A DNA stretch of 64,000 nt from Amoebophrya sp. A120 (GCA_905178155.1 CAJINV010000004.1:7385861-7449860), one strand, 5' to 3'; shown: positions 14,801 to 27,608, counted from the stretch's first letter. The notes: generated by a model from the sequence alone, not told the origin. A program made the numbers and translations.

Positions 14801-14994
14801 ACAAACTAAATTCAAAGTTTCTTTTTCTCTATAGCAAAGTCCTCTACGATGGTGAATGAAAGAAGTGTCACCAACTAGAACTACTCGCTTCTTCTATATA
14901 TTTCAGGTATGACAAAAACTCTTCCCGAGACCACGCTTTTCAACAATCATGCGTGGTCCCCGTCGTTCGCGGCGGCCCAAGAACCAGCATCGAT

Positions 14995-17900
14995 CTATCG
15001 AAACGTATTCGCCCTGCCCTGACTCGCTAAGACGTCGACGTACCTGCCCTGTGTTCGGACCTGTTGGTGCCCGCCCTGCGGCATGTAGCTACTCATTTGC
15101 GCGACGGTGGGCGGTGGGGCGATGTTGGACAAGTCTTCCTGCTTTAAGCGCCCCGTCAGCGGGTCATACTTGTCCGCTTCGGCGATCGAGGCCTGAGTTT
15201 GTTGTGCAGTTTTCATTGATGTTTCTCATGCATAGCACGCAAGACAGAGATTGATAGTAATGCCCCTTTCTTCATCAACATATAGATACATCATGATTGA
15301 ACACCGCACTACAACAAAGCTGCACTGGTAAATTGAGCAACCGATGAAAAAACCTTCTTACCTGCTCCTGCCCTCTTCTGAGCCACCGTTTCAGGTTCGT
15401 GTCGTAGTAAAATTCCGGCACTTCTGCTATGGCCTTCTCAAACGTTACAATCTCAAACGTTACAGAATAGAGTCTGCTGGAATTTGTCTTGCATAATGAG
15501 CATGACAGACTCGCAGACCATGCCACTTTCTGCAACACAAATTTCGGCAGATTGTAGCGCGGTTTGGGACTTCGGAACTTGTCATGCGCAGTCCTATGAG
15601 ATTTGGCTAGATCATGCACTTCTTGCATCACAGATTTCCAAATTCTATTGTAACGTTTCGGATTGTAACGTTTGAGCAGGTCATATCTGCTTGCGGCTGC
15701 TGAGCCTGCTGGCCCTGGTTTCGTGGAGTGTTACCTTCGGCAAGGGCGGTTTGCACCGTGTTCTTGGCCGTCTTAACCTGTTGTATAGTATGTGTTGAGG
15801 GATGAATTTTGCCACTACTGCTTCACAGAGAGAATCCACCATGTTTAATTCATCACCCTGATCTGATCATCATCATGTATCTAAAATTATTTTATAATAC
15901 CGCTCCCGTGATGCCGCTCCACAAGTACTTTCCCGCGTTAATCAGCGGATCGTCAAAATCCTCTCCGGGTTGCTGGGGCCTCCTCTGCTGTTGACCACCT
16001 GCTCCCGGTGGACCCCCTGATGTACCATTGCCGTTATTAAAGCCACCCCCTCCGCCAAATTGGTTGTTCGCTGGTGGTTGACCGTACCCGCCATGTTGCT
16101 GCGGTGGCTGTCCATATTGGTTGTTCATTCCGTACGGATCGCCTTGCTGCATCGGCGGGGGGGCTCCGTAGGGGTTTTGTTGAGGTGGTTGCTGCACACC
16201 TCCATACGGGTTTGGAGCTCCTTGAGAGGTCGGGGGCCCCATAGTTGGCGGGGGCTGCATATGTCCATATGGGTTCAAGTTCATCGCCTGCTGTTGATTA
16301 ATATACGGATTGCCGGCAGATGTACCAACTCCATTTGCGCCGTTCGCAGCCGCCCCATAGGGCGACGGCTGAGCAGTGGACTGATCCTGCATGTAGACCG
16401 GTGGCTGCTGCTGGTGCTGGCCTTTCTGTGGTGGCGGAGCGGTGGGGGTATACATGCTTTGCTGGTGCTGCCCTCCGGCAACATTTTGTGCCGGTGGTGG
16501 AACGCCAGAAGTACCAATTCCATACATACCTCCCGGCTGCTGCTGCACCATCTGCGAGCCGGAGCTACTTCCGTACGGACTGACAGCCGGCATCTGCGGT
16601 TGCGCCGCTATCCAGGAAAAAAACTGTGTAAGTGTAACTTAAACTTTGTAGGAAGAGCAGCATCACAAGTTCGTTTTGCATTACAGGGAAAATCTGTCAT
16701 GCGCAGCTACTACGTTGAAACACGTATGAAAGTAGCCTATGACGCAGATCCAGCATGACAAGTGTAACAGTTTTGCAATTTCTGCATCACAGACTTACAC
16801 TCACATAGTTTTTTTCTGGCATAGCTGCAGGGCCACCACCACCAAAGGGTCCGCTTCCGGTCGGTTGCGCCGGGGGCGGTCCACGCTCGGTTTGCGGTGG
16901 AGGAGCTCCTGAATTATTATTTCGCCCATTCGCTACTGGTGCTTGGCTCTGCCGCTGTTGTCCACCTTGCTGTGGAGCTGTCCCTGCTGCTGCGCTTGCG
17001 GTGTTGTTGTTGAAGTTATTTGCTGTTGGTGGATTCTGGAGCCCACTCGGCGAAGAACCCATAGGCGGTGGCGCGGTCTTGCCGTTTGCAGTGGGCGGCG
17101 GTGCAGCTGTGTGTTGTTGACCAACATTTGATGTTCCAATCGGCGGCTGCGGCGTTGCGGAAAATGAAGTTGTTGGATTTGGATTTCCACCCCCCGTTAC
17201 CATTCCGCCGACATCTGGCTGCGGCAGCGGCGCATTCGCGGGCGGCGAAAGATTTGATGTAATTCCACCGGGTGCAGCTGCAATTGGTGGTGCCCCGCCT
17301 CCCCCGAGCGCCGGGTCGCCGATTGGCTTGGTTTTCAAACCGGTCGTTTCCAACAATCCCCGAAATTTGTTTCCAATGTTCCCAAAAAACTTCGGGTTGT
17401 TGCCGTCGCTGTCAAACGACGCTGACGGGTGCAACTGGGATGTTCCGCCGTTTGGATAACCCCCAGAACCTCCGCCCGTCGCGTGCGTCGCCTGCAATCT
17501 TTCCGTCAGCTCCCGCGTTTTCACTCGGAACGCGTCGCTGTATTTACTCGAAGGCACCGCCTTCCGGAACTCGGTCAATAAGTCCAGGTACTTCTGCGCC
17601 GTGTGGAGCATCGCGTAGTCGGTCAAAACATACGCGTAGGACATTTTCCAGGGTTGGATCGAAAAGGACAAGTTCTGGGGGTTTTCCAGCCGTCTCGCGT
17701 ACTCGAACACCTCGGACAACTGCAGCCCGTAGGACGACCACAGCATGTCCTTGAAGTTCTCCGTCCTTTTGTGTTCGATCCCCAGGAGTGCGATCTTCGT
17801 GGCAGGGGAGTCCACGGGGCCGGGCGAGATCGGGCCGTCCTTGTTATTGCCGCTTGCTGAGCTGTTGTTGGATAGCAGTAGTATCACGTGACTCGCGAAG

Positions 17901-20629
17901 GGGTCCTTCGCGCCGACTTCAGAAGCTAATTTGGTCAGTAGATCCTCGCAGCTTTTTTCCCGTTCTCGTTTGAGTAACGAAACCGCGGTGAACATGGTGA
18001 CAATCCAGGGAACGGTGGATGTCGAGGTGGTTTGCGGAATTTTCCCGGAGCCGACAATGTCGTACACGGTATGGCGTTCTCAACTGTTACATTCTCAACT
18101 GTTACATGATTTGTCATGCAAAATTCCAATCGTAATCGACACGACCAAGCTACTTCGCATGACAAATTCCCGAAGGGACAAACAGGATGAGAATCTGTGC
18201 CAAATCTGTCATGCAAAAGGCGCAATCTTCTTCCTTTCAGTTTTGCCATTTTTGCATCACAAATCATGTAACAGTTGAGAATGTAACGTTTGAGAACGCC
18301 ATACACGGTGAAAAGCGCCTGGACGAAGACGTCCTGCTTCTCCGCGTCGGACGCGACGGTACTCCCGTTACTGCCGCCACTACGGAGCTGCGCACAGAAA
18401 AGACCCACGGTGTGGCTGTAGATCTGTGAGAAAGGTTTTGGAATTGCGGTCTATGTTCATCTAATATTTGGAGATTAGCTGGAAAAATTAGGCTTCGAGG
18501 AATGAGGCACGACTCAGAGGACACACAAGTTTCGTTTTCCGTGCATGTGCATCAAAAAAATTCTGCTACAAAATAAACTAAACGTACACATCACTCTAAT
18601 CATCTCCAAACAAAATTCACTGTACAAAATCTGCTACCTCTTTCGAAACCAGCGGCGCGATGATGAGTGCGTGCGACCAGAGCCCGGCTGCGGCCGCCAG
18701 TTCCAGCGCTTTCTGGTAACTCCCAAAGGCTAGGTACCGCGCAAACTTCTGCAGCGGAGAATGGTGCGGCTGCTCTATCTGCAAAGTTTTTGCAGATTCA
18801 CGTCCATTTTTGTTTTTCTTGATTTCAAAAATTGATTAAATCAACAGCACAGCTGCCTCTGTCATCACTATTTGACTTCAAAGTCCAACGAAGAAATAGC
18901 GAGGAACTCAGCATCTTCAATACTGTCGGCGCAAACGGCTTTCCGAACGCATCCACGAAGTTTGCAGCGGCGGTTTCCATTCTTCCGTTCGCTTCTAACA
19001 GTAACTGCAAGAAGAGCCACAAGGTTCTGCAGGAGAAAGCCACGTCCGCATGAAGTTGCGGCAAAAACCCGTCCTGGTCGTTGATCGCAGTCTGGGTTTC
19101 CCTCCCTGGCATCATCTGCTCCCACCAGGGCGGTTCCTCGCTTCCAGCTTGCAGGAATCCCCTGGTCTGGTTCTGCACGTACTCCAAAACCTTCGCCGTG
19201 TTTTCCTTGCTGGTTTGCCCCAGCGGGCCCGGGTATTCCTCCAGAGACGCGTACAGCCGGGAGGTGGTCGCGGATTGCTTCAACCCCTTCCCCAACTGGT
19301 ACTCTTTCACCGTTGCACCCGTTCCCACGAAAAACTGACCGCCAAACCCAAACGTGCAGGCGACACCCGGTCGGCGGGTGGAGGGGGCAGTGGCGGATGG
19401 GTAGCCCCCGTTTGCCATCGCACCACCAGGAGCCGGAGGGTGCTGGGGTAGTACAGCCTGCTGCTGGAGGGGCTGCTGCTGATGAAAACTGGGCGGGGCA
19501 GCTGCTCCTGGGTTGTTGTAGGGCGGTTGCTGCTGCTGCGGTGGGGGCACGGGACCACCGGGAAAAGATGATGTCGCTGAGGGAGGCTGCTGTTGCTGCT
19601 GCTGCTGCTGCGCATAAGACGAAGGTGACGGTCCACTTTGCTGCAGGCTGGATGGAGGGACGGGGTTCTGGAGCTATGTTTTTTTTCAGTTATGCCAGAA
19701 CATTTCTCTTTTTTTAGTTGAGTGCATATACATCTTGATGATCACTTCATCTTGTTCTGGAAAAGGTGTATATCAAGTGCAATTTAAGTAAGCACGACGT
19801 CCATCATGATGGTGCACACTTAAATCCATCATGATCATCGTCATGCTATGAACAGCATTTCTACCTGCTGCTGCGATGCAGGGATAGGTGCTGCACCTCC
19901 TGGCGCAACTCCACCAGCAGCGAAACTGCTCTGCGCCGCGGGGAAGCTGGTCTGTGGCGGCTGCGTGATGTTCATGGGCGTACCATTGCCCATCTGTGCC
20001 TGCACCATCCCCGCCCCCGGGATTTGGTTGCGCGGTTCAGCAGGCATCGGACCGCCAAACGGGTTCGCTTGTCCCTGCGGATCCGGTGGTGGCGCCCGCA
20101 TCGACTGCTGACCTGAAGTAGGACTTCGAGCCGACAACATCGGGTTGCTCGCATTTTTTGCCGTCGCAGACGATTGCTCTGATTCGCTTTTACTAGAGGT
20201 CGGTATCGCTCGTGCAGGCGGGGCCCCGCCTCCTGTTTTTGGTGGTGGCGCGGGCATGAACTTCGGTTTCGGCGGCTGCGCGGTAGAAGTTGAAGTTGTA
20301 CTGCCCACTGCAGCAGTAGATGTTGAGGCCGCCCCTGGCGGTACTGGGGCAGCTACTCCTCCTGCACCACCACCAGTAGCAGCCGTTTGATACTGCTGCG
20401 CTTCTGACGACGGCGTGCTCGTTGGAGTGGTATTCGACACACCAGCTGCGAATTGACTCGGCGTTCTGCCGCCACTCAGGCCGCCCAGCAAGGCCCCGGG
20501 TGGCGGCAGGGCGCCGCCGGAAAGCGCACTCGGTGGCGGCAGTTGTTGTGGGGGCAGCGAGGATGGAGGTGGTACCGCCGTCCCACCAGCAAGATGCTGC
20601 TCGCCGTCAGAACCAAACAGGCTGTCCAT
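14995..20629 (-). CDS. SEC16: COPII coat assembly protein Sec16 (multi-exon)
   Basis: Sec16 motifs in order: 'CTFGFGGQ', 'YPGPL', 'LWLFLQLLLEANG', 'LSEVFEYARRL...QPWKMSYAYVLTDY...AQKY', 'FYYDTNLKRW', C-terminal 'RYVDVL'; Pro/Gln-rich linkers. Confidence 0.85.
15428..15685. mobile_element. Introner family C (variant)
   Basis: TIR tatggccttctcaaacgttacaatc; DR tctgc. Confidence 0.85.
16609..16823. mobile_element. Introner family I
   Basis: TIR tatccaggaaaaaaact...; DR gccgc/gctgc. Confidence 0.85.
18070..18303. mobile_element. Introner family C
   Basis: TIR; DR cacgg. Confidence 0.9.
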
Positions 20630-21570
20630 TGCGATTCTTGGTTTTGGCCTGCTCCTTAACAGCGGAAGTGAGTAGAGTGCGGTTTAGAACAGAAATATAC
20701 CAACTTAAGCTGCCTAGCGTCAAGCTGCTGCTGCGTAGTAAAATCGTAGTGTCGTCTCAAAAGCATATAATCCTTGTTACTTTTACTACACTTACGGCTC
20801 CTACAACGAAGTACTTAGATCATCGAGACCGAAGAAGTTATCACATGATGATTATCATCTTCCAATAGCGATGTTTAATTACTTCTATTTTTTGGTTTTG
20901 CCTCTGCGACGCGGAGAAGAAGTGTTCTTTCTTGTTGCTTTTGATAAAGTTTGTCTGTTCCATTCACCGGGACCGGATATTGGTATTGCAATTGCTGGTC
21001 GAATGTTGACGTTTTCCATCAATGGGTGCGTTATTCAGAGATCTTCATCTTGCTCTTGGTCTTCATCCATCGTTGAACATCGTAAATGAAAAACTAACGC
21101 GTGACAGATCTTCCTTGCGATGCAGGTCGTCATATCTACACGTTCTGCAACTGTTTGTTCACATACTTAAAATTGTTATTGATGTCTTCCAAAAAGAAAT
21201 TATCGAGCGAAGCCTCTTCAGAGCTGGCAACTCGCGGGCGTTGGAAGGCGCATCAAGACACGCACGCAACGCTCTAATTCATCGGATTCCGATTCTCGCT
21301 GATGATTGTGGTACGTGACACTTTCACTTATTTCCCAAAATCTTACATTTTGATGATAGATAAGCAAGCAAAAGTGCTGGCTCAGGCATTCATTTTCATT
21401 CTAGTCGTTCTGCACGAGCATAATTTATTCATAGCTGCTACTCCGCGCAATGAATCCGCATCCGGTGGATGTGGTTGTGGACATATAGACCAATAACAAT
21501 TATAGGCACTAAGTACAATTATTTCAATTTTCCCCTTACTTTATTCCTGCCATGTAGCGCACCTTCAACT

Positions 21571-23619
21571 TCACCTCCCGCCCAGCGCAGTAGCCCACTT
21601 GGTCGGGTGCACGCCGACTTCCTCCTCAATGACGCGATAGAATGCGGTCCGGTCCGGTTCCGGGTAACTCACCAGTCTACTACCTAGCGTTTCCGCTATC
21701 GCCCCCGCCATGGTCGTCGCGTCCAGAGAACCTGCTCCTTCACCTGTCGGGCAGACGGACACGAGGTACCGCTTTTCCGCGAGGGCGAGCGCCAATTCTT
21801 CCTGGTGGTTGTCCATGAGCTGAGTGTTCTATGACAGTGCACAACTCCCCCTCCCCCTCAGTTGTAGGGCATAAGCAGTAACACAAATCCTGGCATAAAT
21901 GCAGACTTTGCATGACAAAGCAAATGCTGTTTCGGCTTCCGGTTCTAATGCTGTTTCGGCTCCTTCCGGAATCTGTCATGCAACCAATGCCAAACAGAAA
22001 AGGGCGGATTTGGGTTTTCGCATGACAAATGAGAGGGAGGGGGAGTTGTGCACTGTCATATGTTCACCACGACACACAGCCTCCTTTTCTTCCGCAGCGC
22101 GGTCAAAATCGACCCGGCACCGGCGTGGGAAATGACCACCGCGGCGTTCGCAACGACGGTGTCGTACATCACGGGGAAAAAGGGGACGATGAAAATTTCA
22201 AAAGTTCTGCTAGAAGTAGTTGTACTAGCCCCGGTACAATCGGAAGAACTGGTGCTCGTCGTGGTGGTGGAGGTGGTGTTCCCCGCACTAGCTTTCCGGG
22301 TTGTGGAAGTGAGGTGTAAGCTTTCTGCTCGTTCTGCCGTTGGGGTTGGGGAAGGAGCTGCTGCTGCTGCTGCTGTGGTGAGAAAGAGTTCGTCGCGAAT
22401 TGTGTCCATTGAGAAGTGGGGCGCCTGTGTTTTTATGTATACGTGTTTTATCGTCGTGCTGCCGTGGTAGTCCTTCTTCACTATGAGGGACGTAGAGCAA
22501 TTGCGTAATAGTGAAAGGAACTATCGAGGCTACCACGTTCCTGCTAGAGTAGCATGGACAGGCTCGGTCTGAATAAAGTGGTAGAGGCGTCGCAAAAGTT
22601 TTAAATGCAAGTGGATGAGGACACGATTGTGAAGAAATGAAGCTGACCTCGTAATACCGGAAAATCTCAACATTAGGCAGTAGCTGCAGTAGCAATAGAC
22701 TCTAGTACTTACCACGTTCGTCCGCAGCATTTTTGGCTGCGCCGAGGCCTCGCTTTCCAATCGCTCAGTCGCACCGCCCCGCGGCCCGGCTGCAGGGCTG
22801 CCAAACGAGAGCAACTTGCTTTTTATCACTCCTTGTTGCGCGAGGACCCGCGCGCGCTCCTCCTGCACCTCTCCTTCGGGGCAGAATTCGGCGGTAATTT
22901 TCCAAGCGACAGGTGCCGTACAACTCGACGGCACGACCACGGTGTATCAAATGTAAAAATGTCCGGGTCTGGAAGACTGGAACTTGTAATGCTGTCTGCG
23001 GATTCTAAAAATATCTGTGTTGCATGAGCAGCAAGAGGACTCAGTTCTTGGCACGCGGAGAGGGCGTTTCTCATGCGTAATTAGTATCAAGAGGCTCTCA
23101 AAAAATCTGCGTTGCTAGCACGAGCATCACAGACCTCATGGGTCATGCAAAATGTGCTTGACAAGCCCCGACTCTTCCAGACCCAGACACTTTTGCAGTT
23201 GATACAATGCTGTTCTTGACAACGTCGTCCAAAGGTAGAAACAAAGGAGCCGCGTCATGATCATTGTCCTGGCCCGTAGCCGTACCCGGCGCATCACCTT
23301 CGCCAGTTTCTACTTCAGCATTTCTTGCCAACAAGCACGCAGCGGGCACTTTCCCGGAACCAGTTTGCAGTACGATGCGTGAGATGTTCTTCGCTCTCAG
23401 CGTCTGGAAAACTTGAGTGTCAAAACAGGAATTGATGAGCTGCTCAAACTTCGTCGTGCCCACGGTCACAAACGCGTACGGTTCTGGTGGTGCAGCTTCA
23501 ACAACATGATCCTGTTCGTTCTGTGAAGGACCAGCACCGTCCCCCGACATCCTGCCTCTTCCGTTTTCTCCTGCAGCTTCACGTGATGTAGATGTTGCTA
23601 TATTAACGGGTGGCGCCAT
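21571..23619 (-). CDS. ALG13: UDP-N-acetylglucosamine transferase subunit ALG13 (GT28 C-terminal type), multi-exon
   Basis: 'AFVTVGTTKFEQLI', 'IVLQTGSG', 'VISHAGAGSILTAL...VVVN[introner]TQLMDNHQEELALAL'. Confidence 0.9.
21830..22060. mobile_element. Introner family J
   Basis: Perfect TIR tatgacagtgcacaactccccctccc; DR tgttc. Confidence 0.9.
22945..23204. mobile_element. Introner family B
   Basis: TIR; flanks cggtg/caatg (not a true duplication). Confidence 0.9.
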
Positions 23620-24010
23620 TCTGTACTTATTTGATTTTTTCCCTTACGACTCATAATTCTCGTCTTCTGTTTATATATGCATCATTTAACCAGAAGCTTT
23701 TAGTTACAGCGTTCTTGACGGCGATCGCTTGCCTGGTCCGATCCGCTTTCTTCCTCTTGTCTTGAACAAGAAATTTGAATTACTACGACGGAGGTGAAAT
23801 TCAAATTCAGCTTCTTCTTTTTTCCTGTAGAACTACAAGGGCCTAGAGCAAGGGCAGCTGCCATGATCCGCGCTGCTGTTTGTTGCTGAAGATGAACGAA
23901 AGTGCAAGAGTGTATCCACCAAATGATCAACATAAAAGTAGAAAACTACTGCTTCATCTCGACGCACGAAGATCAAGCGACAGCTGCCGTACAACTCGAC
24001 GGCACGACCA

Positions 24011-25244
24011 TATCAACCATATCAAAGTTTACGCCATTACCCTTCCCCAAAAACCGCTTTTTTTGCAAAAAATTGCAGGTACGAAAAAAAAAAAATTCAA
24101 GCCCGTCCGACACCGCCTCCGCCGCCGCTCCGACCTGTTTATCTAGCTACATCATCATCGTCGTCATCATCTATATATATATGTGTCCCATGGGCTAGCT
24201 AGTTCGTCATCAGTTGACTTGGTGAAAGCAAGTAAAAGCATCTTCTTTTTTCGGTCCTTTTTGCAGGGTCTATCAGGGTGGGACGCTGGCTCCTGGCCCC
24301 ACCTCCCAGCGCTGTCGGCCCAGTACTTCCCAGGCGCTCACACACCGGGCAGCCCGGCGGGAGAATGTTCCCGGCCATTCCCGGGCCCCCGGCCTGCCTC
24401 AGACTCGCCGATGCGGGTTGGGGCCGGTTCTTGGTCGTGAGCTACATAGCGTTCGCAGCGGCAAGACGGGCAGCAACATGCTGCAAGGGGTTTCGTCTTT
24501 GCTTCCAGGAGTGACGCGGCTGCTCCAGTAGAGATTTTGCGCGCACAATGTGCGCCGCAGGTCTGCGGACCAGGTCGGAACTTTTGAAAGTTCCAAATTT
24601 TGCGACTTTTGGAAAATCCATGGGGAAGAGGAATAATTCCGGAAATAAAAATCATTGGAATTAGGTCGGGGGAGCTAATGGCTTTTTCCTCTTCCCCACG
24701 CTCCTCTTCCCCATCATTTTTGCGACTTCGCGACTTCGCAAAAAAGATGGGGAAGTGGACCGTGGGGAAGTGGAAAAATGCATTTGCTCTCCGCACCTAA
24801 TTCCACTTGATTTTATTTCCAGAATTATTCCATTTCCCCATCATTTTTTGTAAAATCAAGAGCAGGTGCAAATTTTTAAAAGTACCAACCTGAGCCGCGA
24901 AGTTTGGCCACTGAGCAAAGGATACGAAAGCAAAGACGCCAAGGCGAGAGCTTTTCGTATTTGATTGCGCTTGGTGTGCTCCACTTTTGTGGTTCACCCA
25001 AATAGTAGAGCTTGAATTTTTTGTAGCCGTCATGACAAAATAGCCAAAATCAGTTGTAGAACGTGTCGCACGCGGCACATACAGGAGGCGACTGTGGTGC
25101 AGCTTGGTGAGGCGTTTCCTGCGCGCAGCACAACGCTGCGGGTGGGGCCAGGAGCCAGCGTCCCACCCTGATAGACCCTGCAGAAAGGACCGAAAAAACA
25201 AGACCTTTTTACTTGCTTTCATTAACTGACGACGAGCTAGCTAG

Positions 25245-25278
<34 letters not shown>

Positions 25279-25413
25279 ATATGCATATATGTAGATGATG
25301 ACGATGATGATGAAAGTAGCTAGATAAACAGGTCGGAGCGGCGGCGGAGGCGGTGGCGGACGGGCTTGAATTTGTTTTTTTTTCGTACCTGCGTTTTTCT
25401 TGAAAAAAAAGCG
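24011..25413. mobile_element. ~1.4-kb non-coding foldback/MITE-like element with ~260-bp outer inverted repeats and an inner long palindrome
   Basis: 24055-24314 is an imperfect reverse complement of 25132-25413. Inner arms ~24562-24720 and ~24741-24900 surround tgcgacttcgcgacttcgca. Flanked by a 36-bp direct duplication (23975-24010, 25409-25444). Confidence 0.8.
25248..25277. repeat. (TA)n microsatellite within the right arm of the foldback element
   Basis: tatatata... run; shorter in the left arm (~24172-24182). Confidence 0.9.
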
Positions 25414-26175
25414 ACAGGTGCCGTACAACTCGACGGCACGACCACGGTGGTTTTTGATGTTCTGGTACTCTCTGTGCTCGCCGTTGTCGTGGACGAGTTT
25501 GCAATGCTGTTCTTGACAACGTCGCCCAAAGGTAGAAACGAAGGAGCCGCGTCACCATCGTCCTGGCCCATAGCCATAGCGCAAGAACCCGGCGCATCTT
25601 GTTCGCCAGCTACTTTAGGATTTCTCGGCATCAAGCACGCAGCGGGCACTTTCCCGGAACCAGTTTGGATTACGATGCGAAAGATGTTCTTCGCCCTCAG
25701 CGTCTGAAAAACTTGAGCGTCAAAGCAGGAAGCAATCAGCTGCTCAAACTTCGTCGTGCCCACGGTCATATGCATTTTTGCAAATATAATGTCTGGGTCT
25801 GGATTTGTCATGCGAAATTTTTTGAAAGAGATCTGTCATGCATGAGTGCAATGGGCCTGATTTTTGTCGCGCTGGAAGCCTGTTTGTGATGCTAAACACG
25901 GTGGAAGAACGCGCAATACTAAGCGAAAAATTTGTGATGCGTAGATGCTGCACAAAACATCGCTCTGCGACACATGTATGAGTCCGCAACACAAATTCGT
26001 GGCGTTTCTACTCCAGACGCAGAGATATGTAAGTACTTATTTGCATTTGATAGGTCACAAACGCGTACGGTGGAGGTGCAGCTTCATCCTGTGAAGTTGC
26101 ACTGCCTGCGTTCATTTGGAGATCTGCCCCCGCTTCACGTGATGTAGATGTTGCTATATTAACGGGTGGCGCCAT
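25409..26175 (-). pseudogene. ALG13: Diverged partial tandem duplicate of the ALG13 5' region (the duplication extends upstream to 26528)
   Basis: 25409-26528 aligns with 22904-23976. It reads MAPPVNIATSTSRE...YAFVT[introner]VGTTKFEQLI... and is cut off by the foldback element. Confidence 0.8.
25769..26052. mobile_element. Introner family B (variant)
   Basis: TAT..ATA; DR ggtca; empty site in the paralogue at 23464-23468. Confidence 0.9.
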
Positions 26176-26559
26176 TCTGTATTTATTTGATTTTTTCCCT
26201 TATGACTCGATGTGGAGCCATTCTCGTCTTCTGTTTATATATGCATCATTTGACCAGAAGCTTTTAGTTACAGCGTTGACGACGATCGCTTGCCTGGTCC
26301 GATCCGCTTTCTTCCTCTTCTTGTCTTGAACAAAAAATTTGGAAGCTGTGAAATTCAGCCTCTCCTTCTTCTTTTTTCCTGTAGAACAAGGGCGGCCTAG
26401 AGCAAGGGCAGCCATGATCCGCGCTGCTGTTTGTTGCTGAAGATGAACGAAAGTGCAAGAGTGTATCCACCAAATGATCATATATAAAAGTATAAAACTA
26501 CTGCTTCATCTCGACGCACGAAGATCAACGACGGACGACTGCAGCTCGCGGCCAGAACA

Positions 26560-26611
26560 GACGCAGGAAAATAAAAGATGCGCGAACGAATCCATCGTTA
26601 CGAAGTGCGCA
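26560..26611 (+). repeat. Array repeat R1
   Basis: gacgcaggaaaataaaagatg-core-ca. Confidence 0.95.
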
Positions 26612-27113
26612 TTTATTTATTTATTTAGATTCGAAAACCCACCTAACAGTAGCGTGGGCTTTCGCGCTAGCCAATCGACAGAGCCGACTATGGCAGCGAA
26701 GGTCTGGCAATCTCTGTTGTTCTCTTTCACTTGGGACTCAGCAGAGCACAGCAGCAGCAACAACCAGCACAGCAGCAAAGCAAGAGACTAAAAACTCAGG
26801 GCACTCCGACAGCTACAGCACAGCATAAAACGATACTACGGGTAACTCCTACAGCTACAGCAGCGGAAATACAGCGTAAAACAATGAATAAACAGCATGA
26901 CAACGTAAAAGAAAATTTTCCTGCGGGCACTAAAATCACTAGACATCTACAGCAATCAAAAAACTCAAACAACCGAATCTCAAATTGCGGAAAAACACCG
27001 AGGACTGCTAAGGACTCAAAGGAAAAAAAATGCTGCTGGTCTACATTGCGCTAAACCTGCTCTACTCTTGCTCTTCGGGAAAAAAAAGGGGGTACATATA
27101 CAGCGCCTTTCAA

Positions 27114-27608
27114 TCAACCTCCTCCTCCAATCACAAACTTTTCCCTCCAAGGCCCCGGGTCGACGAGGGTGCTGCTTCCGAAGGTTTCCTCAGCGAACGG
27201 CACCAATGCGGGGGAGATGTCAAGCAGCGTCTGCATCTTCGTGTCCATGACGCCACTCTTCCTGATGGCGCCGTCCTTTTTGCTGGTCGCCTGAGGTGGG
27301 TCAACCTGGTTGAACAGCATGGGGGGCTTAGTCTGCGTGTTGAAGATATTCGGCTTGTTCACGTCGTCGAAGATGCTGGTCTTCGTGCTAGAGGATGATT
27401 TGCTGGGGAGCGTGCTAGTATCCGGACGGTTTTTGTCTCCGGCGCAGAAGTCCTTTGCAATCTTCTCCGCAACCTCGCCGAAGCCCTTCTGCTGTGTGGC
27501 TATCAGAGACTTTGTCGTCTTCTCTTGTGAAACTTTGTCGACCTTTTTCTCTTCCGCCTTCGTTCCCATCACCACATCCAGGTCCCGACGCAAAGCGGTG
27601 CAGACTTT
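27114..27608 (-). pseudogene. Insert 1: 5'-truncated coding fragment of unknown family, followed by ~500 bp ending in (TAAA)3
   Basis: Frame open right up to R2; the listed start 'MPELAHFVTMDSF' is translated repeat sequence. Confidence 0.5.

Noticed and set aside
12142-14815. ORFs such as 14366-14815(-) and 12782-13394
   Set aside because: No recognisable motifs or splice structure; may be UTR or decayed sequence.
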